From Eledone cirrhosa (taxonomy: Eukaryota), in contig OZ024751.1 in assembly GCA_964016885.1 (NCBI GenBank), forward strand, positions 18,352,001 through 18,416,000: 64,000 nucleotides of DNA. The letters run 5' to 3'. Each line of letters starts with the position of its first letter. The first letter of the stretch is position 1. A program made the position numbers and the translations under genes. Shown here piece by piece: positions 14,538 through 28,365 of this stretch. The notes under the pieces are model-generated. The model saw only the letters and a list, made by a program, of their open reading frames with translations, ran no database searches and was not told the DNA's origin.

Positions 14538-14907
14538 ATATAATTTAATACAGAAATGGCGTCTAGAGACATATTACTGGACGGAAACCACAAATACATT
14601 TGTACCACGTCTCACAGAAACACCGTTTAGAATTACTGAAAGTCTAATGAATCTCGGAATCATCCTATGTCACATAAGCTCTATGGCACGCTTCTCAGAA
14701 CCTTCACAGAAACTTTGTCATCTGGGAATGAGACTATTGAGTGAGTGAATGTTTTTCCCCAAGCACTTCAATTCGTTGGGCTCAACCCATGCGTTTTTAG
14801 AGAGAGAGTTCTCGTGGAAAATTTTCGAATGTCTTTATCATAATTTGCCTGATCAATGAAGTGTTCTGATGAAAAGGAAAGCACCATCTATTTGTCATTC
14901 TGAGACT

Positions 14908-15084
14908 TTGGCAGATTTAAGGTCGGACACCATGCTTTGCGCATAGAGTTACGGCCCTTGCCATTCTGAATTCAAATCTGGCCGAGGTTAACTTTGCCTT
15001 TCATCCTTACGGGGTCGATAAAATAAAGTACCAGTAATGTACTGGGTAATTGCTGGCCTTGTTCCAAACGTAGAAACGATTATT
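14908..15084 (+). mobile_element. tRNA-derived Nin-domain SINE (octopus OR-like)
   Basis: Core TTTGCCTTTCATCCTTACGGGGTCGATAAAATAAAGTACCAG. 13 or more copies in the window. Confidence 0.8.
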
Positions 15085-16173
15085 ATGCTGAGGAGATCCG
15101 ATGAAACCGAAACATGTCACTAGATTTTATTATGATCATGCTTATTCCAAACCCCTTGCATATCTTTGTTTAATTTCTGGGCATTTGAAAGTATCCGAAG
15201 TTCTCTCCCTTGTCTCTTTTGGGAGTAATTTGTTATTAAATCTCATGACAATTCTTCTCGTTACAATTAAAATTGGAGTTGTATAGAATGTATTGTCGCC
15301 CACTACGTTGAATATAGAATCTTGCACTTAACTATATGTTTTTTAAGCAGAAGGTTCCATAGACTTCCATACACTAACGCATACCTACACCCAAACAAAC
15401 GTATTTCATTACACATACACACAACCCATTCGCACGTCCATACGCGAATATACACATAAATACACACATACACATTAAACATATGCAGACACTTATACGC
15501 ATAACTTCACGTGTATGAACACGCACACGCACACACACACACACACACACATTCTATCATACACACATACCCACACACACACGCATACGGAGATACGCAA
15601 ACACTGGCACGAAAAAATATACTGATACAGAAAAAGAAAAGAAAAAAATAAACAAAGCAAGACTATCAAATATTTATATATATATATTTTATTGAATAAA
15701 AATAATATAAAGAGGGGGAGAGAGGGGAGAGAGAAAAGGTAGATAGAAATATGTATAGATGGACAGAAAGAAGGAAAGAAAGAAAGAAATATAGAAAGAA
15801 AGGAAGCAAGGGGTTTTACAAAGAAAAAGCCATGTTTTCTCCTGCAGCGAGGGCATCAGCTGTCACTATCGATTAGTTAAACGTAACCTGAAGCCTATAG
15901 TCGAGACATTCCAGTCAATAAAGTTTTGAACTAAATAGATTCGCACCTGTAGGCTGCAGCCTCGAGCCTTTCGTCTGAAGATATGAATGTTTTATCTGGT
16001 ACTTACGTAGGCATATATATATGAATATATAGCTCTCTCTCTTTCTCTCTATCTCTCTGTCTCCCTCCTCTCTCACTCTCTCTCTCTCTCTCTCTCTCTC
16101 TTTCTATCTCTCTCTCTCTCTCTCTCTGTATATATATATATATATATAAATACACACACACATCTATATAATA

Positions 16174-16230
<57 letters not shown>

Positions 16231-16242
16231 CACACATATATA

Positions 16243-16309
<67 letters not shown>

Positions 16310-16378
16310 CATACATACATACATATATACATACATACATGCATATTTATATATGTATGTGTGTTTAAGTATGTATGC

Positions 16379-16424
<46 letters not shown>

Positions 16425-16454
16425 GTGTGTGTGTGTGTATGTATGTATATCTAG

Positions 16455-16680
16455 CGCATGGTCAACAATGAAAGACAGTGAAAACAAACACTCAGAGCAA
16501 TATATAAAAGGTGTTATTAGGTTAACGCTTTATTTGAAGTCTTGAAAAAATGTGACCTCAATGTATCGGACGCTAGTCTCTCATCAGCAAGGAGACAAAA
16601 GGTTATTTAGAAAACAAAGAAATAGAGAAGAGATTTGAAAAATAAATCGGTGCAGGTGAGGGTAGCACGCCCCACTACGT
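16455..16680 (-). mobile_element. Family B-like element, degenerate HHR
   Basis: Minus: CTGATGA-GAGAC(TAGC)GTCC-GATAC, and the shared downstream motif AAGCGTTAACCTAAT. Confidence 0.6.
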
Positions 16681-16703
16681 ACACTCACACACTCGCACAA
16701 ACA

Positions 16704-16741
<38 letters not shown>

Positions 16742-16755
16742 TATACATATATACG

Positions 16756-16809
<54 letters not shown>

Positions 16810-16884
16810 CATATATATATATATATATATATGTGTGTATATATATTCATATATATATGTATATATACATACGCATGTGTGTAT

Positions 16885-16925
<41 letters not shown>

Positions 16926-17227
16926 GACAGAGAGAGAGAGGGTGGGCGCGAGAGTGAGTGAGAGAGATATGTATACAGAGATAAATAAATATCAATACTC
17001 GCATTTATAAAAACACCATGACTCCTGATACTCATATGTGCTCGCATAAAACAATGAGTTCAACGGGTCCTTCTTTCTACATGTAGACAGGGAGAACCTC
17101 AATAGAATTATGGCGCAATATATGAGTTTTATTTACCAAGTATAATATTTAGTTGAAGTTCTGGCCTGGGACAAGAGAATATTAAGCGGCATTGTTCCAA
17201 TTGGTGAGATTATTCCCATTTTCGAAT

Positions 17228-17365
17228 GCAAACATCACCATAAAAAATGGCTGCCGAGACTTAACGTATAAATGATTCAACAATAGAATATCTTATGGTG
17301 GATCCTGATGACGATAAGGGCGACGATGATGATAATGATGTTGATGATGATGATGATAATGATGT

Positions 17366-17409
<44 letters not shown>

Positions 17410-17750
17410 TTGATACTGATGACCATAAGGACGACGATGATGATAATGATGTTGATGATGATGATGATGATGATAATGATGTTGATGATCAAACATCACC
17501 ATAAAAAATGGCTGCCGAGACTTAACGTATAAATGATTCAACAATAGAATATCTTATGGTGGATCCTGATGACGATAAGGGCGACGATGATGATAATGAT
17601 GTTGATGATGATGATGATGATGATGATAATGATGTTGATGATGAAGATGATGATGATGATGATGATGATGTTGATACTGATGACCATAAGGACGACGATG
17701 ATGATAATGATGTTGATGATGATGATGATAATGATGTTGATGATGAAGAT
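17228..17750. repeat. ~261 bp tandem duplication including (GAT)n
   Basis: CAAACATCACCATAAAAAATGGCTGCCGAGAC... occurs twice, each followed by the same (GAT)n pattern. Confidence 0.9.
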
Positions 17751-17754
17751 GATA

Positions 17755-17942
17755 ATTGTTTCTACATGTTTCACAAGGCCAGCAAATACCCAGTGCATTA
17801 CTGGTACTTTATTTTATCGACCCCCCCCCCCGTAAGGATGAAAGGCAAAGTTAACCTCGGCGAGTTTTGAACTCAGAATGGCAAGGGCCGTAACTCTATG
17901 CGTCAAAGCATGGCGTCCGACCCTCTACCGATACTGCCAATC
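17755..17942 (-). mobile_element. Nin-domain SINE
   Basis: Same core, inside (GAT)n. Confidence 0.8.
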
Positions 17943-17951
17943 CTGATGATA

Positions 17952-17989
<38 letters not shown>

Positions 17990-18184
17990 AATGTTGATAC
18001 TGATGACAATAAGGACGACGATGATGATAATGATGTTGATGATGAAGATGATAATGATGTTGATGATGATGATGATGACGATGATGTTGATACTGATGAC
18101 GATAACGAGGATGAGGATGAGGAAGGGGACGATTAGAGGACGATTATTTCGATGATGTTAATGATGATGATGATACCAACAACC

Positions 18185-18218
<34 letters not shown>

Positions 18219-18649
18219 CACCGACAACGATGATGATGATGATGAGGAGGAGGTGGAGGAGGAGGAGGGGGAGAACGACTGTTTCGATGATGATGTTAAT
18301 GATGACGATAATGTCAATAATGAACTTTGAAGATGACGATGATGATGATAATAACCATCATCATCATCATCATAAAGTTGACAATGTTCATGATGATAAT
18401 GATGATGATGATGATGAATATCATCATCATCATCATCATGGTGGTAGTGGTGGTGGTGGTGTGGAAGAATATATGTATGGATGCATTCCATATCAGATTT
18501 CGATGATGAGCATACAGTCATTCGACATGTGAATGAGTTAACTTGTAAATGGCTGAGTATTCCGTACATAGATGTACCCTTTTACGACATTTTCAAGCAG
18601 AATCAGTATTACAGACCAGATGTTTTAATTAGAGGTACAATTAATCTTA

Positions 18650-18800
18650 CGGGCTTCCACACAGTTTCCGTCTGCCCAGTTTCACTTACAAAACATGGGT
18701 TGATTCGAGGTTATGGTATAGACTCTTACTTATGCGAAGTAATATCAAACTCAGTTCCTCATGACTGCGAAGCGGACATCTTAACCCCTAAGCCATACTT
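18650..18800 (-). mobile_element. Old tRNA-SINE fragment
   Basis: GGGCTTCCACACAGTTTCCGTCT...CACTTACAA, similar to the decayed copy at 39110-39250. Confidence 0.45.
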
Positions 18801-19705
18801 GCATACACAGAATATATTATGAAATGAAACTACCATGGCATTAAGGACTCCACTTCACAGAGCAGTTTAAGGGGCTGAATAATAAATAACGTTGATTTCG
18901 AACATGAGCACAAGGTCCCAAATTTAGGAGACGGGGGTATATTAAACTATATCGAACCTAGTGCTTGTCCCGTACATTAATTTAACGACCCCTGAATTAT
19001 GAAGATGACTTTGACAAAGATGGACTCGGCGTTTAATTTGATTTCCTATAATGTAACATTTCAGCCTATTTGCCGCCTTTCTAATTAATCAAATTTGCGT
19101 ATAATTATAAGAGAAAAAAAAAGAATGGTCTCTAATTTAAGTACTAGGCCTGCAATTTGGGGGAGGGGGATGTCAATTGCAGTAGTTCACTGATAAATTG
19201 TCGGCCCCATAGGGAGGACAGGCTAAGTTGACCACGCCATGTTTTAAACTCAGATACTTAATCCAACTTCCTAACGATATTGTCAATTTGCCACCTGATG
19301 ATAACATGAAAACAAAACTCACAGCCTAATCGGGTTGATTTCAAAATCGTAAAACAAAATGAAAAACCCCAAAACAAGGGAACATAGTGTTCATGCAAAT
19401 AAGTTCTGATATAGTTTAAGATTTACGAAGAGATAAATACTTCACATATAAACGTCCAAATAACAATATATATTAGAAAATGTGGTTAGCAAAAAGAATA
19501 TATATATATATATAGAGAGAGAGAGCAAACATCATGGGCGCTCTATCTCAAAATTATTTTTGAAAAGCATTAGAAATGCGCAACCGGTAAAGACTTAAAA
19601 CTAAAACTGAATACTAACCAATACTTATTACTAATTTTTACTTAATCCTAATTAAACTATTTTTCACTGGGAAAAATTGGTCAGCATTTTCTTTTCCTTT
19701 TACTA

Positions 19706-19752
<47 letters not shown>

Positions 19753-19804
19753 GATGGAGAGATAGATAGATATAGATATACCGTGAAACTATCCTACTCA
19801 ACAA

Positions 19805-19857
<53 letters not shown>

Positions 19858-19875
19858 GATATATACATGTTTGTT

Positions 19876-19944
<69 letters not shown>

Positions 19945-20013
19945 TTGTTGAGTAGGATAGTTTCACGGTATATCTATATCTATCTATCTCTCCATCTCTC
20001 TCTGTCTCTCTCC

Positions 20014-20060
<47 letters not shown>

Positions 20061-20075
20061 GATATATACATGTTT

Positions 20076-20116
<41 letters not shown>

Positions 20117-20515
20117 GAGAGAGAGAGAGACAGAGATATTGATATAAATATATAGATAGATAGGTAGATAGATAGATATGCATACATAAACACCTGTATT
20201 AAAATCAACATGGCGATCAATGCATTTGGATGAATTGTATCAGTTAATTTTCGTGCAAAGAAGCAATATACTTGATAACATGTAATGTACAAAAAGATGA
20301 AAACAAAACGTCCACATCTTAAAATTACATTTTACAGGTTTGAGTGAAATTTATAATATGTATGCGTGTAAACAACAGTTTGTTATTCAAAATAATTTGT
20401 TTTTATGTTGTAACAGTGGGAATATTAAATTAAATACACCATAAATAAAATACATGATATCAAACCGAAGAAAGAGTATGTGTGAAAATGAATGGATGGA
20501 AATAGAAGGTAGATA

Positions 20516-20706
20516 ATTGTTTCTACTTTTGGCACAAGGCCAGCAATTATCCCAGTGCATTACTGGTACTTTATTTTATCGACCCCCATAAGGATGAAAG
20601 GCAAAGTTAACCTTGGCAGGATTTGAACTCAGAACATAAAGGGACGTAACTCTATGCTGCAAAGCAGGGTGTCCAACGCTCTACCGGTTCTGTCAATCCA
20701 CCGCCC
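20516..20706 (-). mobile_element. Nin-domain SINE, full length
   Basis: Head GGCGGTGGATTGACAG, B-box-like GAGTTCAAATCC, core, tail AGAAACAATT. Confidence 0.85.
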
Positions 20707-20786
20707 TAGAAGCTACATAATGCAACATTATGAGACATCAAAAAGTAGATTAATATAAAGCAGATATAGAAGAACCTTACTAATTA

Positions 20787-21217
20787 TGATATGGTGTACA
20801 CAGGAATGGCGCACCCTTTAGGCCGACCAGGGCACAGAGTTGTATAGAATAAAGCAAAAATAGACTAACCTTAATACTCATGATACGGTGTACTCAGGAA
20901 TGGCACATCCCTTAGGTTAACTAGGGCACAGGGTATATTAGAGTAAAGTAGAAATAGACTTATCTTAATAGTCATAATTGTTTCTATTTTTGGCACAAGA
21001 CCAACAATTACCAGTACATTACTGGTACTTTATTTTATCGACCCCCGTAAGGATGAAAGGCAAAGTTAACCTCGGCGGGATTAGTCATAATGATGTGTAC
21101 TCAGAAATGGCACTTCTTTTAGGCTAACTGAGGCACAGGGTAGATTGGAATAAAGTACCAATTGACTAAACTTAATAGTCATGATATGGTGTACTCGGGA
21201 ATGGCACTTCTTTTAGG
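20787..21217. repeat. ~94 bp minisatellite interrupted by a SINE
   Basis: TGATATGGTGTACTCAGGAATGGCAC...GGCACAG...GAATAAAG units, ~3.5 copies. Confidence 0.85.
20977..21081 (-). mobile_element. 5'-truncated Nin-domain SINE
   Basis: Core present, flanked by direct repeat TAGTCATAAT (TSD). Confidence 0.8.
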
Positions 21218-21229
21218 CAACGTGGTCCG

Positions 21230-21376
21230 ATTTACGCGAAACTTGTTTTATTCCATTTGAATTCCCATTTCAGGGTCAACTTCCTTTCAAAGTATTTTCC
21301 CATTATGCGCCCTTTTGGCTGTATTACATTACAGACAAGCAAGCAGGCAATCGCAGAGTTTTAGTAGTATATAGAT
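21230..21376 (-). mobile_element. Possible Helitron 5' fragment
   Basis: Minus strand begins A|TCTATATACTACTAAAAC followed by (CTTG/CTGT) repeats, like the element ending at 2886. Confidence 0.4.
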
Positions 21377-21435
21377 AGAAGATAGATAAAACAGCTAAAT
21401 ATCTATTGACATATGTACGAAACTAGATATAGTTA

Positions 21436-21625
21436 CAAGGGTGGGCCGACTATAAAGGATTGATGCTAGAGCTGTGAATTCTTTCAGGCATTAAATTTGA
21501 ACTCTTATTAATAACTGCATTTTTTTTCTTTTTGTTTCCAGGGACAATCCTAAAAAAAATAAACCTTATTTGGTCATTACATGAGAGAAACTTGGTCAGC
21601 CCATGAAGCTTTCAACTGACATTCG
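21436..21625. mobile_element. Mariner-type MITE, decayed
   Basis: TA flanks. Shares GATTGA.GCTAGAG.TGTGAA and CTTATTAATAACTGCATT with 3445-3619. Confidence 0.6.
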
Positions 21626-22154
21626 TAAGTTATTGTTAAATATTCTTATTAAATCCTTTCTATGCTAAGGCATGTTGTGGCCGTTTATCTTAAATGTGAT
21701 TAGTAGGCCGTCATCTCTTTACAATCCTGAACTAAGAAAAGGCAATTTCTGTAAGTTCCAAGAATAAGCCATTATTAAGCCACCTCAACTCCTGAATAAC
21801 TCCCCATGAAGGTTTAAAAAAAAAAACAACACACAATCTTTTTTTACCCAATACGAATAATCAGTATGAAAATTGATTTCCTCCCATACATTATGACGGC
21901 AAACTATGAAGAGTTCTCTCCTGAAATCCAAGGTTATTCTGGTAGAAAGATTTAGATATAGAAGGATAACAGTTCACAATGTCGAACTGGTTCAATCTGT
22001 AATGCTATGTTTTCAATGCCGTCTATATTTAATATACATCTATCTAACATTCACGTTACTCACCATAAGTATGAATCCATAAATTTAGCTAGACGCATAC
22101 ACCATATATGGACATACACACTAACGCAAAAAAATACGCAAACAATGTTTTATG

Positions 22155-22210
<56 letters not shown>

Positions 22211-22296
22211 CTCTTTTACCTGTTTCAGCCATCCGGCTAAGGCCATGCTGGGGCACCGCCCTATACATACATATACATACGCATACATACACACAC

Positions 22297-22375
<79 letters not shown>

Positions 22376-22396
22376 CGCATAGATACACACATATAT

Positions 22397-22482
<86 letters not shown>

Positions 22483-22880
22483 TTATATATATAGAGAGAG
22501 AGAGAGATAAATATAGATATATATATACATACATATATACATACATATATATATATATCCATATATATATATATACACACACACATATATGTATGTATGT
22601 CTACACACTACATGCACATATTAAAGAACATAAAGCTTTATTTTTTCATCCCATTTTCCTACATATTATTTTTCAATATCTATTTTTATTTTATTACAAA
22701 ATAAGATTTAATATTTTTTTTATTATTTTTTTACTTTTCTAATCTTGAAATAGAATTCAGTTCTGTACTTTTAAATTTTTATATTCTATAGTTTCCATTG
22801 TAATTTAATATTCATGTACTTTTTCAAAATATTAATTTTTCTTCTACTAATGTTTTTCTGGTGAATTTTTACAATCTTAC

Positions 22881-22942
<62 letters not shown>

Positions 22943-23092
22943 GGGTATGTGTGTGTATATATGTGGGGATATGTGTGTATGTAGACATGTGTGTGTGTAT
23001 GTACTATATACACATATATACATGCAAATATATTATTTTTCTTTTTTCCCTATGCCATTATTTTTTCTTTCTTTCTCATTCGTTTTATACTG

Positions 23093-23159
<67 letters not shown>

Positions 23160-23178
23160 CCTTTCTCTCTCTCTTTCT

Positions 23179-23216
<38 letters not shown>

Positions 23217-23432
23217 GTGTGTGCATGTGTATACAGACTCATAAAATAGTATATGCCTTTAAACATTTAGGAAAGGTTTCATAACTTGCTAGACGAGGAA
23301 GTATTGTTTGATAGCTAGCCTGTAGCTCAACATCCTACATATACATGCGTAAAAAACATATACACACACACACAGAGACTCACAGACACACGAACAAACA
23401 TACACACACACACAAACACACATATATATATA

Positions 23433-23593
23433 TAACAAAGAGGGTGTGGTAAGATACCAGGTAGACCATAACGCACCAGAGTACTCAATACTTAGGGTAG
23501 TAGAGTGGGTGATAGCTGGCTTAGTTCGGTTAGTTGGGATCTAGCTGTCGAAACGGCCGGAGCCCAGCCGTCGGGGTCCTGACTCTTTTCCTG
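23433..23593. mobile_element. Family J inverted element
   Basis: Tail in minus orientation, then GTCGAAACGGCCGGAGCCCAGCCGTCGGGGTC in plus. Confidence 0.75.
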
Positions 23594-23599
23594 TATTTG

Positions 23600-23911
<312 letters not shown>

Positions 23912-23950
23912 ATATATATATATATATATATATAGATATATTTATATATA

Positions 23951-24310
23951 CAATATATTAATAAATGGAAACTATATTTATAAAACCATAATTATTTTAT
24001 TATATATATTTCAAGGGCAACCAAGGCAAATTTTGGTGCGCTTTCATCAGATAAAATACAAATTTGTTTTATAAATAAATATTGACATACCCGCATAAAG
24101 ACAACATTAACAAATTTGTATTTTATCTGATGAAAGCGCACCAAAATTGGTTGCCCTTGAAATATATATAATAAAATAATTATGGTTTTATAAATATAGT
24201 TTCCATTTATTAATATATTGAATATTTACTCCACTAGCTGTTGAATGCTTTATATCAGTTATAAAAATGTTAAGCTTTTTGAATCCCAACAAATTAAATA
24301 CAGCCTCTGC

Positions 24311-24311
<1 letters not shown>
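23951..24311. mobile_element. Family C palindromic HHR element
   Basis: HHRs at 23993-24058 (minus) and 24119-24178 (plus). Confidence 0.85.
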
Positions 24312-24361
<50 letters not shown>

Positions 24362-24667
24362 AGGGGAGAAGAATACTGCATGGTTGCACATGGATTACCT
24401 ATTATAAAATTAGTCCCTCATCAGTGATTTACCAACCATCATTGGTATTTCATCGCATTAAAAATCAGATACCTCAGGTTGGTATGAGCCATAACTAAAA
24501 TAAGCTATTGGGACAAGTATATATATATATATATATATATACATCTGTAGGCGGTGATCACCGAACACGAAAACTACCCGGTCACACACCCGAATCTCGC
24601 TTAACTATCCTTCCAAGGTCACATTGAGTTCTATCAACCGTATCAGCCACACCACAACCACATATAT

Positions 24668-24968
24668 TATTATCCTTTGGGGATGTCATACTGCCAATAA
24701 AAACACATGGTTTTCCCTTCAATTTACTATAAATTTCCGGTTGGTTGGTTGGTTCGATAACCGGATGGTTGTTTATATATTGTCAAAGTCCTTTCGTCAC
24801 ATATTCTATGACCTCTTCAGTAACTGGCTTTTTATTTTGTGTCTATCCTTAAAACCCACAGGGGCGTGTGTTTTTATTGGCAGCATGGCCCTCCCAAAGT
24901 ATAACAATATCTGTTTCAACACACGTTTTCAGATGAAAAATCTTGCAAAAGTAATTAAAAAACGAAAT
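24668..24968. mobile_element. Family L inverted pLTR pair
   Basis: Minus arm with HHR at 24782-24824. Plus arm 24866-24968 gives the 3' tail. Confidence 0.7.
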
Positions 24969-25153
24969 ATATATATCTGATTGTTTTGCTTTCCAACCTA
25001 CCTATCTACAATTTCTCATAACTTTAGACTTTCCTGATGCAGGTTCAATGTCTGATATGTCGAGACATTATTTTCCCATTTCCCTCAAACCTGAAACTAA
25101 AAGAACTTTGTTTCATTGTATCTCCATGTTCGTCATTTTTAACCGTAAACTAA

Positions 25154-25260
<107 letters not shown>

Positions 25261-25663
25261 TTAAAATGTTTTGCTTAAACTTTCAATCGGAATTACTTAT
25301 ATCTTCCTCACACTTTCACTCACTTACTCTCTGCTACTCCTCCTCTCTTACTTCCTCCCGTCTGACCTGCGGTAAGTCTTCCCTCTCTCACTTTTTTCGT
25401 GGCTCGGACGTGTCTGTTTTCTTCTCGTCATTTGATTTGTCGGACTTAAGCCCACAAGATTCATTGACTTGATTTGTCTCCCTTTTCCTCTCTTTACGTT
25501 GCGTTACTTCCATGTTGTTTGTTCACTTTCGTCTGTCCCGATAACTTAATTTAGTTATCGCTCGCACTGATTTTAGGCATCTAGTCTTTAATGCAAAAAA
25601 TACCAATGAGAATCAGCAGACTACTGATGAAGGACTTTTCCTGTTTCTCGGTCTATTTTTATT

Positions 25664-25730
<67 letters not shown>

Positions 25731-25732
<2 letters not shown>

Positions 25733-25925
25733 CAAAGAAAGTGTGGTAAGGAACCAGGTGGACCATAACGCACCAGAGTACTCTTTACTTGGGGTAGTAG
25801 AGTGGGTAATACGGAAAGAGCCAGGAACCCGACGGCTGAGCTCCGGCCATTTCGACAGCCAGATCCGATCGGACCTGGTTGTCGAAACGGCCGGAGCTCA
25901 GCCGTCGGGGTTCTGACTCTTTTCC

Positions 25926-25926
<1 letters not shown>
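25731..25926. mobile_element. Family J palindromic element
   Basis: Arms centred on CCGATCGG (~25866-25873). Confidence 0.8.
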
Positions 25927-25998
<72 letters not shown>

Positions 25999-26168
25999 GC
26001 GTGTGTGTGTGTGTGTTGTTATGCTTTGGGAGGGTCATGTTGCCAATAAGAAACACACGCACCACTAACTTTCACTCCAATTTATTATGAATTAAATTTA
26101 TAAATTTAAGAATTTATAAGTTTCCGGTTGGCTGGTTGGTTCCAGAACCGGACGGTGGTTCATATATT

Positions 26169-26211
26169 GTCAAAGTTCTTTCGTCACATATTCTGTGATC
26201 TCTTCAGTGAC
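26169..26211 (-). ncRNA. Minimal type I hammerhead (family L)
   Basis: GTCA-CTGAAGA-G-ATCACA(GAATA)TGTGAC-GAA-AG(AA)CT-T^TGAC. The copy at 32655-32697 has a perfect GTCACA/TGTGAC stem II. Confidence 0.75.
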
Positions 26212-26408
26212 TGGGGATTCTTTTCTTTGTTTTGTGTCTCTCCTTTGTTCTACCTACGCCATCTTGTTTTTGTGTGTGTTGTGTGCTTAGTTTGCGCATG
26301 TGTTACATCCGGGTGTCTGTGTGTGTTTTTATTTGTTTATTTATCTGTTTATCTACATGTTACTGGTTGGTTGTTTGTTCTATGTGTGTGTGTGTTTTCA
26401 TTTTGTCC

Positions 26409-26820
26409 TTAATTGTAAGTTGTGATATTGCTATTCCATTCATGCTGTGGTTGGAGTTCATTTATGTTTATTGCCTTTGTGATTTGTCTAAACGTTGCGT
26501 CTTTTCTGTTTGTAGATTCTATTTTTATTTCTATGTTCTCTAATTTGCCCTTATGTTCTATTTTAGCATGTTGGTGGAGTATTGATGATTCTTTTTATCT
26601 TGAAGTTCTCGCCAGTGTTCATTTAACCGTTCTCCTATACTACGAGCTGTCTCACCTATGTACACTTTATTCTTATCGTTACATTGTCCTTCAGTACATC
26701 TTATGCTTTATACTACATTTCTAGTTTTACAGTTAATATGGGGGCTTAGTTTACAGATTATGCATTTCTTATCTACATAAGGAGGTCTTTGAAAAGGGTA
26801 TGTATTTCTAATAAGTGGTA
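26409..26820 (-). pseudogene. GIY-YIG endonuclease domain of a Penelope-like element
   Basis: Manual translation: CIICKLSPHINCKTRNVV*SIRCTEGQCNDKNKVYIGETARSIGERLNEHWRELQDK / ESSILHQHAKIEHKGKLENIEIKIESTNRKDATFRQITKAININELQPQHEW. One stop (26708-26710) and one frameshift. Confidence 0.88.
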
Positions 26821-26856
26821 TATATATATACACATATACATATATATACATATATG

Positions 26857-27045
26857 TTTATCCCGGGTTCAATCGGGGGAAACCACAATAAGTACGGTAC
26901 TCAATACATAGCAGAGTATAAATATTTAATATAGAAATGGCTTCTATAGGACTAGAACTGTTTCATTCGGGAGAAATCATCAGGAAGCCACTGATGATAT
27001 CTCCCGAATGAAACTGTCCTAGTCCTGTAGAAGCCATTTCTATAT

Positions 27046-27052
<7 letters not shown>
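26857..27052. mobile_element. Family A palindromic HHR element
   Basis: Minus-strand HHR at 26938-26990 with 7-bp stem I TGGCTTC/GAAGCCA. Second core on plus at 26991. Confidence 0.85.
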
Positions 27053-27333
<281 letters not shown>

Positions 27334-27359
27334 AATATATATATATATATATATATATG

Positions 27360-27432
<73 letters not shown>

Positions 27433-27456
27433 GTAAATATATTTATATATATACAT

Positions 27457-27785
27457 TCCTATTAATTGGATGTCTAAAAATAGGGATGAAACCATGGTAG
27501 AGATATAATTACGGTATGTACACATTTCTTCTAAGTTTAATTTTACACCTAATTGTGTATGGTTGATGGTATATTTAGTCAGTTTCCACGTGCTGTCGAA
27601 ATGTTGGATAAATACTCTATTGGGGCCACCGCGAAGAGGCTACTTTCGGTTATTTGTCGGAGATTTCTTCATAAGAGCCTTTCTTCTTATAGCTTGGTCT
27701 AATTGATTTTTTATATGGTTAATTATGCTAATTGGAAGAGGAATTGGTATATATTTTATCTAATAATTCTAAGGACATGATTTAT
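27457..27785. repeat. Unclassified dispersed repeat (family M)
   Basis: Similar to 10440-10790, bounded by (TA)n. Confidence 0.6.
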
Positions 27786-27814
27786 GATATATATATATAT
27801 ATATATATATGTAA

Positions 27815-27898
<84 letters not shown>

Positions 27899-28314
27899 GT
27901 ACAACGGTCTTGTCATTCTTGGGTTAACCATTGTTAAACACGTCTATGTTATTGAGTTCTCGTTCTCGTGACTGTCAATACTGTTTCTGATATGTACTTA
28001 TGTATATATATATATATGTGCGTGCGTGAATATATATGCATGTATGCATGTATGTACATATATATGTATGTAAGTATGCATGTATGTGTATTATATTATA
28101 TATTACTGTCAAAATAGATATCTCTAAGATTTTAAATTTCACCTCCATTTAATTCACCACCACCCGAAACCCATCTCGCCTCCCGTCAACTCCTGCTATG
28201 ACTCACCATCTTCTCTCTTCTGAACACCTTCCTCTCTCTCTATATATATATATATATATCTGTGTATTTCTCTTATTCTCTCTGTATTACACATATTCTC
28301 TCCCTCTCTCTCTT

Positions 28315-28365
<51 letters not shown>

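Larger units (their letters stand above)
26020..26820 (-). mobile_element. 5'-truncated Penelope-like retroelement (GIY-YIG plus HHR-bearing pLTR, family L)
   Basis: Decayed endonuclease ORF followed ~200 nt downstream by a hammerhead. Flanked by microsatellites. Confidence 0.85.
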
